From: Felis catus
Lineage: Eukaryota
Assembly (NCBI RefSeq): GCF_018350175.1
Contig: NC_058368.1
Coordinates: 133,736,001-133,800,000, forward strand
DNA length: 64,000 bases
Direction: 5' to 3'
Shown here: positions 12,583-25,553 of the stretch, piece by piece
Position numbering within the stretch: position 1 is the stretch's first letter
Layout: the number at the start of each line of letters is the position of its first letter
Translations under genes and position numbers: made by a program
Notes under the pieces: generated by a model
What the model was told of the DNA's origin: nothing
What the model saw: only the letters and a program-made list of their open reading frames with translations
Database searches by the model: none

Positions 12583-13563
12583 GTGTCTGAGGTTTTCAGC
12601 TAGGATGTTGGTCTGGTGAACTTGGTAGTTTGGTAAGAGTTTCACCCATAGCATGAATGGAGCGGAAGGTAGCAGCACAGCACAGGAAAGAGCGAATAAA
12701 CGCCAGAACGGAAGGACAGCCTTGACACGCGGAAGAATGCATAGGTGTTAGGAAAGATGAGTCAGCAGACCTTGCGAAGGATGGAGGCATTCTACAGATC
12801 GGAGGCATTGTAGTATCTCAGAAAAGGGGAAGTTATAAGAAAAGTCCATTTTCAAGAGCATCGTTTCATTTTCGCCATGTTTATAAGGTCAGATCTGAAC
12901 ATGCTGCTGTAGTAGCTATGTGGAAACTTCCAGCCTGCTGCTGGAGATGGATCCCAGAGCTGGGAAGCATTGCCAAGACTTCATACATAACGTGGGTGAA
13001 GGTGTGGGAGATATCATCAGACACTGAGGACTCTTTCCAATTGTGAGTGGGGAGCAAATGATCTGCATAATCCACCTTGTTCCTTTGGTTTGGGTCCAGA
13101 CTCGGGGAAAAAAAACAGGGAATAGTAACCAGTCCGGGGAACAGTGACCAGCCCTGCAGAAGCATGTCACACTGCAGATGACAACTGTGATTTCTTGAGT
13201 CCAGGTAACTGCAGAATAGGCCTAAATTTGGAGATTTGGAGAGACACTTAAGTAGTCTAAAGTTCCAGTTCCGGCCACCTAGAAATGCCCCAGAAGCCAG
13301 GCAGAACAGCCCCTCCTGCTCTTGATGTCAGGAAGGAGCCTGAGGAATTCTAACAGTGACAAAAGTCTTTGTTTTACTTGTGGAGGTGCACTGCAGGCCA
13401 TTGTTTTTTTTGTTTTTGTTTTTGTTTTCCTCAAGAAAGAGCAGAACTATGCTAATGAAAACATAGCCCAGGACGGAGATCCCTAAGCTCAGTTGCAGTC
13501 ATATGTCATTGGACCAGGAACTTCAAAGGCACGTTTTTGGTTTTTTTTTGTTTTTTGGTTTTG

Positions 13564-13594
<31 letters not shown>

Positions 13595-14609
13595 TTTACA
13601 AATTGCTGCCTCTTTCCTGTACCTCACAATTTAATGGAACATGTGACTTTAAAGGAGGGGGAGAGGGGGCTTGCGTTTAAGCCTCCTAGTGGGAGGTACT
13701 TGGAAAACGTTACCTCGAATGGCTGAATATACTGAGCGGGTGAATGAGATTGAATCTTGATGGTTTTATTCCTTGGAAATTATCAGTTCAAAGTAGAAAT
13801 TTCCGTTTTGGAAAGCCACTGGACTCTAAGTCAGTTGCTCTTTTCTGTCTTCTATGGATGGCTAATAATAGACGCTTCATTCTGACCACCCTTTTGTAAG
13901 ATGGATTCAGACCTCCATGCTGAGAAGGATTCTGAGGCTCTCTGGGAGACTTCGTGGGTAAAAACCATCATTAATCAACGAACAGTACAATGAACAATGT
14001 GGTCATAGGGATGAGGATAAAAGTGATAGCACCTGTGCCATTGACTTGCCAATGGAAACTGTGGTCCTAAATTGGCATAGTTGCATTGAATTTATTTTGA
14101 CAGAAATTGGCCAGGAGCCTCACATGTTTCTGAGACAAACAAATGAACCAACAAGCCAAACAGTGCCGTCCCTAACTTGTTGTACCTGGAGAGCATGCAC
14201 TCCATCACCCTATAAATTGATGAATCGATTTGGTGTTGAGGGATAAGGAAGGCTAGGGCCAGCCTTATTTTTACCCCTTTTAATTTTGGGATTTCATTTT
14301 TTCAAGGGACTCTCTGACCCACTTTGATTCTGAGGGTTGCGTAGTGGTATTGCTTCTGGAGAAACATTAAACACTCAGCGTCTCTGCCAAGATCAATTTG
14401 GCTCAGTAATTGTAAAGTGCCATACACTTTAGGGGCACTTCTCACATACAAACTCTAATTGATTCCTCATAAAAACTCAGTTAGGAGGCCGTTTTTACTT
14501 TGTTTATTTGAACTTTATCCCATTATTTATTTCTTTGTAGTGTTTGAGGCAGCCCCAAATGCTCTGAGTTCTCCTCTCTGTGGGAAGAGGTAGGACAGGT
14601 GGTATAATA

Positions 14610-14705
14610 CAGTTGTTATTCCCATTTTATAGGCAAGAAAATGAGAATTTTCAGAGATGAAGCTACTTGTCCAGAGTCTCACAAACGAGTAAGTGGCAAG
14701 GTCAC
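14610..14705 (-). mobile_element. MIR fragment
   Basis: ATTCCCATTTTATAGGCAAGAAAATGAG...ACTTGTCCAGAGTCTCACA resembles the reverse MIR core. Confidence 0.65.
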
Positions 14706-15025
14706 TACCCACTTTCTCCTTGTATCATGGCCTTGCACACTTAGCATGGTGCCCGTGAAATGTTCTTTTTCCTTCATCATCATCTGTCTTACCCCATTCC
14801 GAACCGTGACATCACTGCATGTGTGCGTCCGTGTTCATGTTCACCTTTAACCTCTCTGTATTTCTTTACTTGAAGGGGCTGAATTTGATCTTAATAAGGG
14901 TTTGGTAAACCGTCATACTTGGAGGGTCCCTCAGAGATGTAGTCAAGTGATATGAATGTGTCTGGACACTGTTACCTGCATAGACAGAAAAGTTATGTCA
15001 TAAAACAGTATTTAAGAATGACAGA

Positions 15026-15252
15026 GGGGCGCCTGGGTGGCGCAGTCGGTTAAGCGTCCGACTTCAGCCAGGTCATGATCTCGCGGTCCGTGAGTTCGAG
15101 CCCCGCATTGGGCTCTGGGCTGATGGCTCAGAGCCTGGAGCCTGTTTCCGATTCTGTGTCTCCCTCTCTCTCTGCCCCTCCCCCATTCATGCTCTGTCTC
15201 TCTCTGTCCCAAAAATAAATAAACGTTGAAAAAAAAATTAAAAAAAAAAAAA
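15026..15252 (+). mobile_element. Young felid Can-SINE
   Basis: Near-identical to 11547-11761; perfect TSD AAGAATGACAGA at 15014-15025 and 15253-15264. Confidence 0.97.
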
Positions 15253-15975
15253 AAGAATGACAGAAAATTTTTTATTATTTATCAAAGTGTGTATATCTCA
15301 CGTCATCGTGACAGTCTGTTGGAATCTCCTGTTGGTAGTCGGGGAGAGCTGGCGAGTCCTAAAAATATGACACTGATAAAAATCACTTAGAGGGCTGACA
15401 TTGGAAACAAAACTCATGTTCCTCTTGAGAATGTCATATTGCAGTTTAACCCCAAACCTTGGGCTGTGTTGGCTTAGTTACAGCATCTCGCTTTGACAAC
15501 CTTTTGTTCTCCCTAGCTGATGTTTTGGCAGCAGATATCAGCACATCAGTTAATGTACTTTCCCTCCTGTAGGATCTCATTTGACTAGCTATGGTAGCTT
15601 ATATTTTCTCCCTCATTAAAGTGCCTGTCTGCAGTTTGTTCAAAGGAGCCCGCAACCCCTGTTGGAGGGGAGTGCCCTTTTGCTGATGATGAATTTGCCC
15701 AACTACACAGACCTCATGGTCTAGTTAGATTTAGTTTTAATATCAGTCTAAAGTACACTAAAATACATACCAAGTAATGCTACCCCATCTATCAGAGAAT
15801 TATAGCTTTTATTTAGTACATGGCATTTATATAGCATTTTTATTTAAGGAGCTTGGTGGTGACAGTTGCTTTGTGTTGCTGCATTCATTTCATAGGGTAG
15901 ATATGTAGTTTAAAGGTCTGTCCCTGGCACAAAAACAGACACTCACATCAAGGGAACAGAATAGAGAACCCAGAA

Positions 15976-16920
15976 GTGGGCCCACAAACGTATGGCCAAC
16001 TAATATTTGACATAGCAGGAAAGAGTATCCAATGGAATAAAGACAGCAAGTGGTGCTGGGAAAACTGGACAGCAACATGCAGAAAAATGAACCTGGACCA
16101 CTTTCTTACACCACACACAAAAATAAACTCAAAATGGATGAAAGACCTCAATGTAAGACAGGAAGCCATCAAAATCCTCGAGGAGAAAGCAGGCAAAAAC
16201 CTCTTTGACCTCAGCCGCAGCAACTTCTTACTGAGCACATCTCCAAAGGCAAGGGAAACAAAAGCAAAAATGAACTATTGGGACCTCATCAAAATAAAAA
16301 GATTCTGCACAGTGAAAGAAACAATCAGCAAAACTAAAAGGCAACCAACGGAATGGGAGAAGATATTTGCAAACAATATATCAAATAAAGAGTTAGTATC
16401 CAAAATCTATAAAGAACTTACCAAACTCAACACCCAAAAAACAAATGATCCAGTGAAGAAATGGGCAAAAGACATGAATAGACACTTCTCCAAAGAAGAC
16501 ATCCGGATGGCCAATGGACACATGAAAAAATGCTCAACATCACTCATCATCAGGGAAATACAAATCAAAACCACAATGAGATATCTCCTCACACCTGTCA
16601 GAATGGCTAAAATTAACAACTCAGGCAACAACAGTTGTTGGTGAGGATGCAGAGAAAGAGGATCTCTTTTGCATTGTTGGTGGGAATGCAAGCTGGTGCA
16701 GCCACTCTGGAAAACAGTATGGAGGTTCCTCAAAAAATTAAAAGTAGGACTACCCTAAGACCCAGCAATTCCATTACTAGGTATTTATCCAAAGGATACA
16801 GGTATGCTGTTTCGAAGGGGCAGATGCATCCCAATGTTTATAGCAGCGCTATCAACAATAGCCAAAGTATGGGAAGAGCCCAAATATCCATCAATGGAAG
16901 AATGGATAAAGAAGATGTGG
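15976..16920 (+). pseudogene. L1 ORF2p C-terminal remnant, non-functional
   Basis: 222-codon open stretch ends at TGA 16642-16644 (CW*GC); homology continues in frame ([14 protein letters not shown], second stop, WIKKMW); endonuclease and RT domains absent. Confidence 0.92.
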
Positions 16921-16940
16921 TGTGTGTGTATGCGTGTGTA

Positions 16941-16972
<32 letters not shown>

Positions 16973-17020
16973 CACACACATATATATACATATATATGTA
17001 TATATATACATATATACATA
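16921..17020. repeat. Compound (TG)n/(TA)n/(CA)n microsatellite inside L1
   Basis: Directly visible after GAAGATGTGG. Confidence 0.95.
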
Positions 17021-17190
17021 TGCCCCCATGTCGGGCTCTGTAGTGGCAGCTCAGAACCTGAAGCCTGCTTCCGATTCTGTGTCTCCTTCTCTCTCTGCCC
17101 CTCCCCTGCTTGCTGTCTGTCTGTCTGTCTCTCTCTCTCTGTCTCTCTCTCTCTCAAATAATAAACGTTAAAAAAATTAAAAAGAAAAAA
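17021..17190 (+). mobile_element. 5'-truncated Can-SINE inside L1
   Basis: GCCCCCATGTCGGGCTCTG...(CT)n...AATAAACGTT; head absent. Confidence 0.92.
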
Positions 17191-17608
17191 ATATCTTGCC
17201 ATTTGCAACTACGTGGATGGAACTAAAGGGTATTATGCTAAGCAAAATTTTGCTAAGCTAATTTTGCTTAGCATATATTTGATATATGAAGTCAAATATC
17301 ATATGACTTCACTCATTTGAAGACTTGAAGACACAGAACAGATGAACACAAGGGAAGGGAAGCAAAAATAATATAAAAACAGGGAGGGGGACAAAACATA
17401 AAACACTCCCAGTTTTGGAGAACAAACAGAGGGTTACTGGAGGGGTTGTGGGGGGAATGGGCTAAATGGGTAAGGGGCATTAAGGAATCGACTCCTGAAA
17501 TCATTGTTGCACTGTATGCTAACTAAATTGGATATAAAATTTTTAAAAAATCAGAATAAATAAATAAGTAAAAATAAATAAAGGTCCGTCCCTTTGCTGC
17601 CAGTGAGC

Positions 17609-17609
<1 letters not shown>

Positions 17610-17653
<44 letters not shown>
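17610..17653. repeat. (TG)n microsatellite
   Basis: Pure TG run. Confidence 0.98.
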
Positions 17654-17654
<1 letters not shown>

Positions 17655-18029
17655 TCTCAACATCTCTGTCGATGTAACTTCTTGATTACGAGCATATGAA
17701 ATGTCACTAGTGGTTAGTTTCTGCTGCATGGCAGCATTTGTGGGTGAGACCCTGAGTAAAGTCACCATGTCAGTTTAGTTCTGGAGGCATTAGTTGATGT
17801 CACTTACCTTCGTGTGGCTTCTTCTCCATGATAACAGATGGACACCAGTTAGCTTTGTTCCAGAAATCTCTATGTATAACTCTGGATCTGATCATTCTCA
17901 TTATCTTGACAGACTCTGGGATTTGGGATGCTGATTAAAAGGTGAAGAGACCATTTTTCAACTCAGTATGTCTAGCCCTCGCTCTGAGATGTTTTACCCT
18001 ACCAGTTTGTGAAGCACACATGCCTTTGT

Positions 18030-18135
18030 CACTTGCTTTAATGGACTTGGGACCAGTTACATAGTATTTGTGAATCCCAGTTTCCTCATCTGTGTAACAG
18101 GGAAGTTAACGCATATCTTGATTGTGGACAATTGA
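18030..18135 (+). mobile_element. MIR fragment
   Basis: CAGTTTCCTCATCTGTGTAACAGGGA matches the MIR core. Confidence 0.7.
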
Positions 18136-18459
18136 GCACAAAGCACAGGGAAGAGGATGAGTAAACAGTAGTTGTCAGGCTGAGGAGGAGATGGGCTTAT
18201 AGTTACCTCATTATGTTATATTTCGTTGTAACAAAAGAAGGTCTGTTCCAGTGGTAGAAAGCCTTCTGCAAAGTCTGCAGGATGGAAGTCCTGGAGAATG
18301 TCAGGGATGTAACCTATGACATCAGGTTATAGGCATAGAGTATAGAATATCACTAACTCTAAAAAGAGGGCAGAGAAATTCTGAGCAACGTGTCTCAAAG
18401 GGTTTCAGCCGTAAGTGTTGAGGGGTGACACGGGTCTGGCCTTCGTTCATACCACACTT

Positions 18460-19760
18460 GCTCATTTTGAGCATCCGCTACTGGTGAGGCTGTCTTCTAG
18501 GCTCTGAGGATATAGCAATGACCAGCTTGGAGAAGGTCTCTGCTTTCATGGAGTTTCTATCCCAGTGGGGTATGGGAGCAGGAGGAAAGAAGATCTACCA
18601 TAAAACAAACCGGAAGAATGATGGAGAGTAACAAGTGATTTGCAGAGAAATTAAACAGGATGGTCTGATGGCTTCTTTTCCTCTGAGGGAGTGACCTGTA
18701 AGCTGGACCTGAGTGACCAGAAGAGGACAGCCATGAGAATACCAAATCAAAGGCATTTCAAGGGGGAAGACAAGTAAGGCAAGAGCGACTTAAAGAAGAC
18801 CTGTGTGGGCAGGGGGAGGACATACGGACGAGGGCATATGGATGAGATAGGAGATGGGCAGGGCCAGGACTCCAGGACTGAAGGGCTTCTGTAATCAGAG
18901 TCAGGGATTGGCTTTTCCCTAAGCCAGAGGGGGAAGCACTTGAGATTTTGAGGTAGGAGAATGGTGTGATATGATTGACATTTTCAAAGTTTCCTCTGGC
19001 AGCTGGGTAGTGGGGGGATTAGACTCAGTTTTGTGGCTTAGGAAGCAATCTGGAATAAGAGATAGGGGTGGCCTGGACTAGGCCTTAAATGGGGGAGTTG
19101 GAGAGAAGTAGTTGGATTCTGGCTGTTCTGATGCAGGGTGCACAGGACTTGACAGGGGATGAGTTGGAAATAGGGGGTTTGAGGGAAAGAGCAAAATCAA
19201 GGTTAGTTTCTAGGTTGTTGGGTGGAGTGACAGAAAACATGGTAGGTCTGTTTTCCAAGGTGGGGAAGGCCTGGGAAGGAACAGTTTGTGGCGGAAAATC
19301 ACGAGTTTGGGTTTGTCCATGTGAAATTTGAGATGTCTCTGTGATACCCAGGTTGAGTCTAGATTTCCCAAGAAAGGTTAAGTCCGGAGAAGCAAATTTG
19401 GGACTTGACATAAGGCCATGGGACTGGATGAAGTCAACTAATGGGAAGTGGTTCTGGGATAGATTCCCAAGACACCGCAGATACAGACGCTCCCATGAGG
19501 AGCTAAAGGACAAATGGCCAGGGATTAGAAGGGACAAGAGATGCATACTTTCACAGAAGTGAAATCAAGGAGTTTCAAGCAGAAGAGTATTCCTCTTCAG
19601 AGTGCTGCCGAATGGTCAGGGCTGATGTGACCGTTGAATACAGAGGCCTGTGGTGAGGAGAGCAGGTAGGTTGCAGATGCGAGAAGAAAGGCTGGACAAA
19701 GGAAAAAGACCCTTGTGATATCAGCAACATGATGGGCTCTTGATGGTCTTTCTGGGAAAA
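18460..19760 (-). mobile_element. L2 element with reverse-transcriptase remnant
   Basis: Reverse L2 3' end near 18460-18570; ORF 19085-19546 has LVDFIQSHG and NNLETNLDFALSL..P...VKSC, resembling L2/CR1-type RT segments. Confidence 0.8.
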
Positions 19761-20655
19761 TTGGGGTTCTTGGTCATTGCGTGACACCTGAGAACTATCC
19801 AGTTTGGTAACCTTTTCCTTCCCTATTAGCACATCGGGTTTATCTTCATTGCCAGCCGTAGGTGAGCAGGAGGCCTCAATGATTTCATAAGTTTTCTTCA
19901 ACCTGTAGTTTGCCTGTGCATGTCTGCATAGTTGAACAAGGCCTTTAGAGTAGGTATGATGGGAGGCCAGGCTTGAAAGAAGGGTGAGATTTGGGTCGGA
20001 GGAATAAGGGTGTGGAGGATGTGGAAGGAAACAGGAACAGTGGAGTTAGAGAGAAAATGAGCTGTGTATTTAACTAGGTAGTGACAGCTCCATTATGTAG
20101 TACAGTAACAGTGGAAACCCAGGCTTCGCTTGTTACTTGTGTCCCACCTACTTCTAAAAGAGATTTGAAACCACCCACATGTAGATCCACATGGGAGAAC
20201 CAGTCATTCATCCTACAAACAGGTATTGATTGCCGGTAACGACCCCACAATAGAGGCTGGGCTACCAAGATGGGTGACCCATGACCTTCCCTCAGGGAAG
20301 ACAGACACGAAAACAGTTAACTGTAGTATAATAACAGACAAGGGGAAAGAGGATTAATTCTGTCTGATTCAGTTTCAACAGGGAGCTCCCAGAGGAGATG
20401 CTTTTTGGCTCTAGAAGGATGAAAAGATGTCAGTATGAGAAGAGGAGCCAGCAGGGAAGCCACTCCTGGGCAGAGAGCATGGCAGGAGCACATCAATCAG
20501 GAGGCCTAGGAGTGTGTGTTGTGGTTACAGCTTGGGAGTCATGGTTCCTGGTGAGCACAGCAGTAGGTGATGGAAGGCACGTGTTAAGTGCTGAGACTGG
20601 AGAGGGTGACTGAGACCCAGCTGAGCTTTCGTTTTGTGGACAGGAGGGATTATAG

Positions 20656-20722
20656 GTTTTGTTTTGTTTTGTTTTGTTTTGTTTTGTTTTGTTTTGTTTT
20701 GTTTTGTTTTGTTTTGTTTTGT
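20656..20722. repeat. (GTTTT)n microsatellite
   Basis: Pure pentamer run. Confidence 0.97.
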
Positions 20723-20740
20723 TAAAGAATAGTTTATCAA

Positions 20741-20939
20741 GGGGTGCCTGGGTGGCTTAGTTGGTTAAGCATCTGACTTCACCTCAGGTCATGATCTCAT
20801 GGTCCATGAGTTCAAACCTTGCATCAGTTTGAAGTTCAAGCCCGCTTCAGTTTCTGTGTCTCCTTCTCTCTCTGCCCCTCTCCGCCACTTGCTCGCTCTC
20901 TCTCTCAAAAATAAATAAACACTAAAAAAAATTATTAAA
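20741..20939 (+). mobile_element. Can-SINE with internal deletion
   Basis: Perfect TSD AAAGAATAGTTTATCA at 20724-20739 and 20940-20955. Confidence 0.95.
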
Positions 20940-21000
20940 AAAGAATAGTTTATCAGTCATCTTAGATACCTTTTGGCTTAAAATGAAGTTTTTTTAAAAA

Positions 21001-21097
21001 CTTTTATTTATTTTATTTTTTTTAAGTTTATTTTGAGAGAGAGAGAGAGAGCATGCAAAGCAGAGGAGAGGCAGAGGGAGGGAGGGAGGGAGGGAAG

Positions 21098-21146
<49 letters not shown>

Positions 21147-21275
21147 ATCCCAAGGAGGCTCCACACTGCCAGCACAGAGCCCGACGTGGGGCTCGAACCC
21201 ATGAACCCGTGAGTTCATGACCTGAGCCGAAATCAAGAGTTGGACGCTTAACTGACTGAGCCACCCAGTCACCCC
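21001..21275 (-). mobile_element. Can-SINE with expanded (GGGA)n/(GA)n linker
   Basis: Reverse body and head. Confidence 0.95.
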
Positions 21276-21294
21276 TAAAACCTTTTTATTTTGA

Positions 21295-22035
21295 ATTGAA
21301 TTTATTTTTTGTAAAGCACATTTAGATTCACAGCAAGATTAAGGGGAAGGTATGAAGGTTGCCCATATACCTGCCCCCCTCCACCCTGACCCCACACATA
21401 GATACCTCCTGCCCCTCATCACCATCCGCCACCATAGCGATACCTTTGCATAATGGGTGAATGTATGCTGACACATTGCAATCACTCAGAGTCCTTGTTG
21501 GCATTAGAATTCACTCTTGGAGTTGTACATTCTGAGAGTTTGGACAAAAGTATGATGACCGGTGTCTACCATTAGGGTATCACACAGAATGTATTCACTG
21601 TCCTATAGTTCCCCCATTGCCTGCCCATTCCCTGGCAACCCTTGATCTCTTTACTGACTCCATAGTTTTACTTTTTCCAGAGTGTCATATACTTGGAATC
21701 CTACTGTATGGAGCCTTTTCACACTGGCTTCTTTTACTTAGTCATACACATTTTAAGTTTCTCCGTGTCTTTTCATGGCTGAGTACCTCGTTTCTTGTTA
21801 GCCCCCAGTAATACTCCAGTGTCCGGCTGCACCCGAGTTTGTTTATCCATTCACCTACTGAGGGACATCTTGATTGCTCCCAAGTCTGGGCAGTTATGAA
21901 TAAAGCTGCATACACATCTGTCACATAAAACCTGTATGCAGGTTTTTGTGTAGACATAAATTTTCCCTTCCTTTGGGTAAATCCCAAGGAGTGCACTTGC
22001 TGGATCACACGATAAAAATATGGTTAGTTTTGTAA
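21295..22035 (-). mobile_element. Older L1 (L1M) 3' fragment
   Basis: Reverse translation AALFITAQTWEQSRCPSVGEWINKL matches the ORF2 C-terminus; 3'UTR-like sequence follows. Confidence 0.88.
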
Positions 22036-22434
22036 GGACCGTAGGTTTTTAAACAGAAAAATAATTGATCTTTATTATGGAAAGCAAGTTTGTAAATGGG
22101 CATTTTGCTCCCGCCCCCCACTTATTTCTAGTCCTCTGTGTGCGTATGCTGAGAGAAAACCACCCCATAGATGAATTGCCACCATATCAAATAAAAATAT
22201 CCAAAACTCATATTCTTCCTTCCCCAACACTGTCTGTATTTTGTTTCACACAAATGCGCATGTGTGTAGCATTAGAGACCTCTCAATATCTTGAGTATGA
22301 AATTATATAGATATATTACATTCCTCATGGTACTTTATGTGCTAGAGAAAATATTTCTTGATATTTGTGTATTTAATAGCATGAAATGATAAAATGCACT
22401 TCTTAATAGATATGTTTTAGATCACCGGTATTTT

Positions 22435-22636
22435 AACGTTTATTTATTTTTGGGACAGAGAGAGACAGAGCATGAACGGGGGAGGGGCAGAGAGAGAGGG
22501 AGACACAGAATCGGAAACAGGCTCCAGGCTCTGAGCCATCAGCCCAGAGCCTGACGCAGGGCTCGAACTCACGGACCGCGAGATCGTGACCTGGCTGAAG
22601 TCAGATGCTTAACCGACTGCGCCACCCAGGCGCCCC
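22435..22636 (-). mobile_element. Young felid Can-SINE with very short tail
   Basis: TSD TAG(A/G)TCACCGGTATTTT at 22418-22434 and 22637-22653. Confidence 0.97.
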
Positions 22637-22768
22637 TAGGTCACCGGTATTTTAAAGTCAAATGTGTGTATACAGTTTATGTGAAAGAAAACAACAGGAG
22701 TGCCTTCTTTAGGAAGATCTTCTGTGTCTTGTAGATGACTCTTTTTAGCCTTCTTAAGTGAAGTTAAT

Positions 22769-22984
22769 CTTTTTATGTTTATTTTTGAGAGAGAGAGAGA
22801 GAGAGAGAGAGCGCGTGCGTGAGCAGGGGAGGGGCAGAGAGAGAAGGAGACGCAGAATCTGAAACAGGCTCCAGGCTCCGAGCCGTCAGCACAGAGCCCA
22901 ATGTGGGGCTTGAACTCTCGAACCGTGAGATCATGACCTGAGCCGAAGTTGGATGCTTAACTGACTGAGCCACCCACATGCCCC
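22769..22984 (-). mobile_element. Can-SINE
   Basis: CTTAAGTGAA at 22753-22762 and 22984-22993 flank the body. Confidence 0.95.
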
Positions 22985-24139
22985 TTAAGTGAATTTATAA
23001 GTGAAAAACAAGCCACTCTTACAGTTTAGTTGGTGTAACCTTCCTTCCTCAGTATACAGCACATAGTGTATGCTGATGAATTATGTGCAGTTGATTTTAA
23101 GATCAGAACCCTTCAGGAGAGCTGGATGCCTGAGTGTCTGAAATGCTTTAGGACATAAACTGCTAAGAAATAATTTCAGTACTCTTAAACAAAATGCAGT
23201 TCTCCTTAATTATTCTATATTCCTTATGTAACACAACTGTAGTGAAAGATGTCTTTGTCGTTTTCTTTTTTCTGTCTCCCCATACCCATGCGAAGTTAAT
23301 GGTTTAAGGAAAATACTCCAAGCCCAACAGATCATGTCAAATATTTGGTTTGGTAGGATTAATATTTCACTGCAGAGCGACAGTGGGAGCGCTGTCCTAG
23401 TTTTAGGGATGATTATGTAAACTAATGAGCCCCATCCGTTAAAAAACTTAGAGAAAGAGAAAGCCATTTATCATGTGGACTATACTGACTGTACTTAGAA
23501 CACACTGAAGTAGGTATTAAATGCTTACGGTGGGGTTACATTTAATTAAAATTGTTCTTTTTGTGATATTAAGGTTAATAATTATGACACTGTGCAAATG
23601 TTTAGTTTTTCTTTCTTTCTTTTGTTTAAGTCTCAATGGTTTGTTATTCTGTGTCTTATTTGCCCACTGGCTTAAAATTGGCTTTTCACTTTACCATGCT
23701 TGGCATTGTTTCCATGACAAGGGATCTAAAGATTTACACTTGGCTGGGGCAGTTGTAATTGTGTATCTCAACCACTAGAGGGAAGTGACTCTGTTATTCG
23801 TTCTAGGGAGAGAAGGTGTTTAATCTCTTAAATTCATCTATTCGTTGACCCTTAGCCCGGAAGGGGTTGTCCTTAACATTGGGACCACCTCTGCCCCTGT
23901 TCCAGAGAAGAATCTGTGGGAAGGAAAATACAGAATTAAGGACCTTGATCTAGGACTTGGTTTATATAGTTATATCTACCCGGAGTGTGGAGTATATCCA
24001 CTTCCTTCAACACAGCTCCCAGTGGATGAGGAGCTTTGCTGGGCAAAGTGAGTGGTTCTTCCAGAAGCACTTCATCTATTCGTTTTCAAGTAACAGCATG
24101 AGTAATACTTTTAAAATACCAGTCACTGCTCTCAACCCT

Positions 24140-24320
24140 TAAAAAATACTAACATAATCCTAGCAACAGTCCTATGAGGTATTCTTATTCTAATTTTGCA
24201 GAGTAAGACACTAAAGTACTCAGAAGTTAAATAACTTACCCAAGATCCCAGAGCTAGTATGAAATGCTGCTGGAATTACAACCTGAGCAGTGGCTCCAAC
24301 CCATGTCATCAACCACTGTG
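24140..24320 (-). mobile_element. MIR
   Basis: GCAACAGTCCTATGAGGT...AGTTAAATAACTTACCCAAGATCCCAGAGCTAGTA matches reverse MIR. Confidence 0.8.
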
Positions 24321-25415
24321 TGATCCTGCCTCTCCATGTACACCCAGTTTTCCGTGCATGAAGAGACATGCACAGAATTACGACCAGTTTGAGTCTGCAA
24401 AGGGGAAAGATATTTAGGGTCAAAAAACAGAAAAAGAAAACTGCAGAATCAAAATTTATGCCATATTTTATCTATGAAAACATACTTTTTTTTTTTTTTT
24501 TACATTTTAACATACCTGAAATCAGGTTGTTAGCTTACAGCTTTATTAGATGAAATAAGGTATTTGTCTGAAAATATAACATACTGACTCCATTAATCAT
24601 TGAACAATCACAAAAATGTAACTTTGGGGAACCATTTCTATTTTAGATCTTAGCACTTCATGAGAATTCCCAAGTATGTGTGCTGATTGCTTAGATAAGA
24701 ACAAATAGAAAATGCAGCATGTTTCACAGGAAAAAAGGTTTAATGTGGGATGTGGGAGCGTTTGACAGCATGTCAAGTGGGACTTCCAAAGGTAAGAATC
24801 CCCAGAACCTTGACATTTTAAAAATGTCCCTGAATTCTGCTTCTCACTTCTCCAAAGCACCTTTTCACCACGTCTGTCTCTCCTTACCCCTTCTAGTGCG
24901 TAATCTGCTTGAGGGCTATTTATTTTCCCTTAAGGAAGTCAGTTATTTACATTAAAATAAAAAATCATAACAGTAAGAACATTTGGGGAGAACAGTTTGT
25001 CTTCAGAGTGATTTTGCCCAGTCATTGATCAGTCGAAGCTCCCTGTCCCATGGAAGTACGTGACAGCCCCAAATTATTCAAGCAAATGGGGCACAGTCTG
25101 TGGTATTTGAGAAAGGCACACCAGCATTGCCGGTGTATGGGTCTAGCCAAGAGCTATATTGACACACAAGTGTAGCCATGTGAAAAGACTATTTTTTATT
25201 GTAAATTGTTATTCCACCCCCCCCCACTGACATTTTGAAACCACCTCTTTTGAGGAAAGAAATAGCGTTTCAGATAAACTCTTAAGGGAGCTCCCAAGAA
25301 TCTGCAATTAAATATTTACACTTGGCAAAAGTGTTTTCAACCACTGTGTTTTAAATGATATTTGTATTCTGTGTCTCATTTTCATTAATTTTTTAATCTA
25401 TAGTCAGAGAATAGA

Positions 25416-25417
<2 letters not shown>

Positions 25418-25465
<48 letters not shown>

Positions 25466-25508
25466 TGAATTTTGCTTTTGTAGCTTTATTCTAGATTCTC
25501 CCTTAGGG

Positions 25509-25550
<42 letters not shown>
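25418..25550. repeat. (CA)n at 25418-25463 and poly-T at 25510-25550
   Basis: Directly visible. Confidence 0.97.

Positions 25551-25553
<3 letters not shown>

Larger units (their letters stand above)
15926..17578 (+). mobile_element. 5'-truncated carnivore LINE-1 (ORF2 C-terminus, 3'UTR, A-rich tail)
   Basis: Translates to L1 ORF2 motifs ([25 protein letters not shown]); TSD TAAAGGTC(T/C)GTCCCT at 15911-15925 and 17579-17593. Confidence 0.97.

Noticed and set aside
15976..16644. 222-aa ORF as a functional gene
   Set aside because: Truncated L1 ORF2 with in-frame stops downstream, a small deletion and no promoter or RT domain
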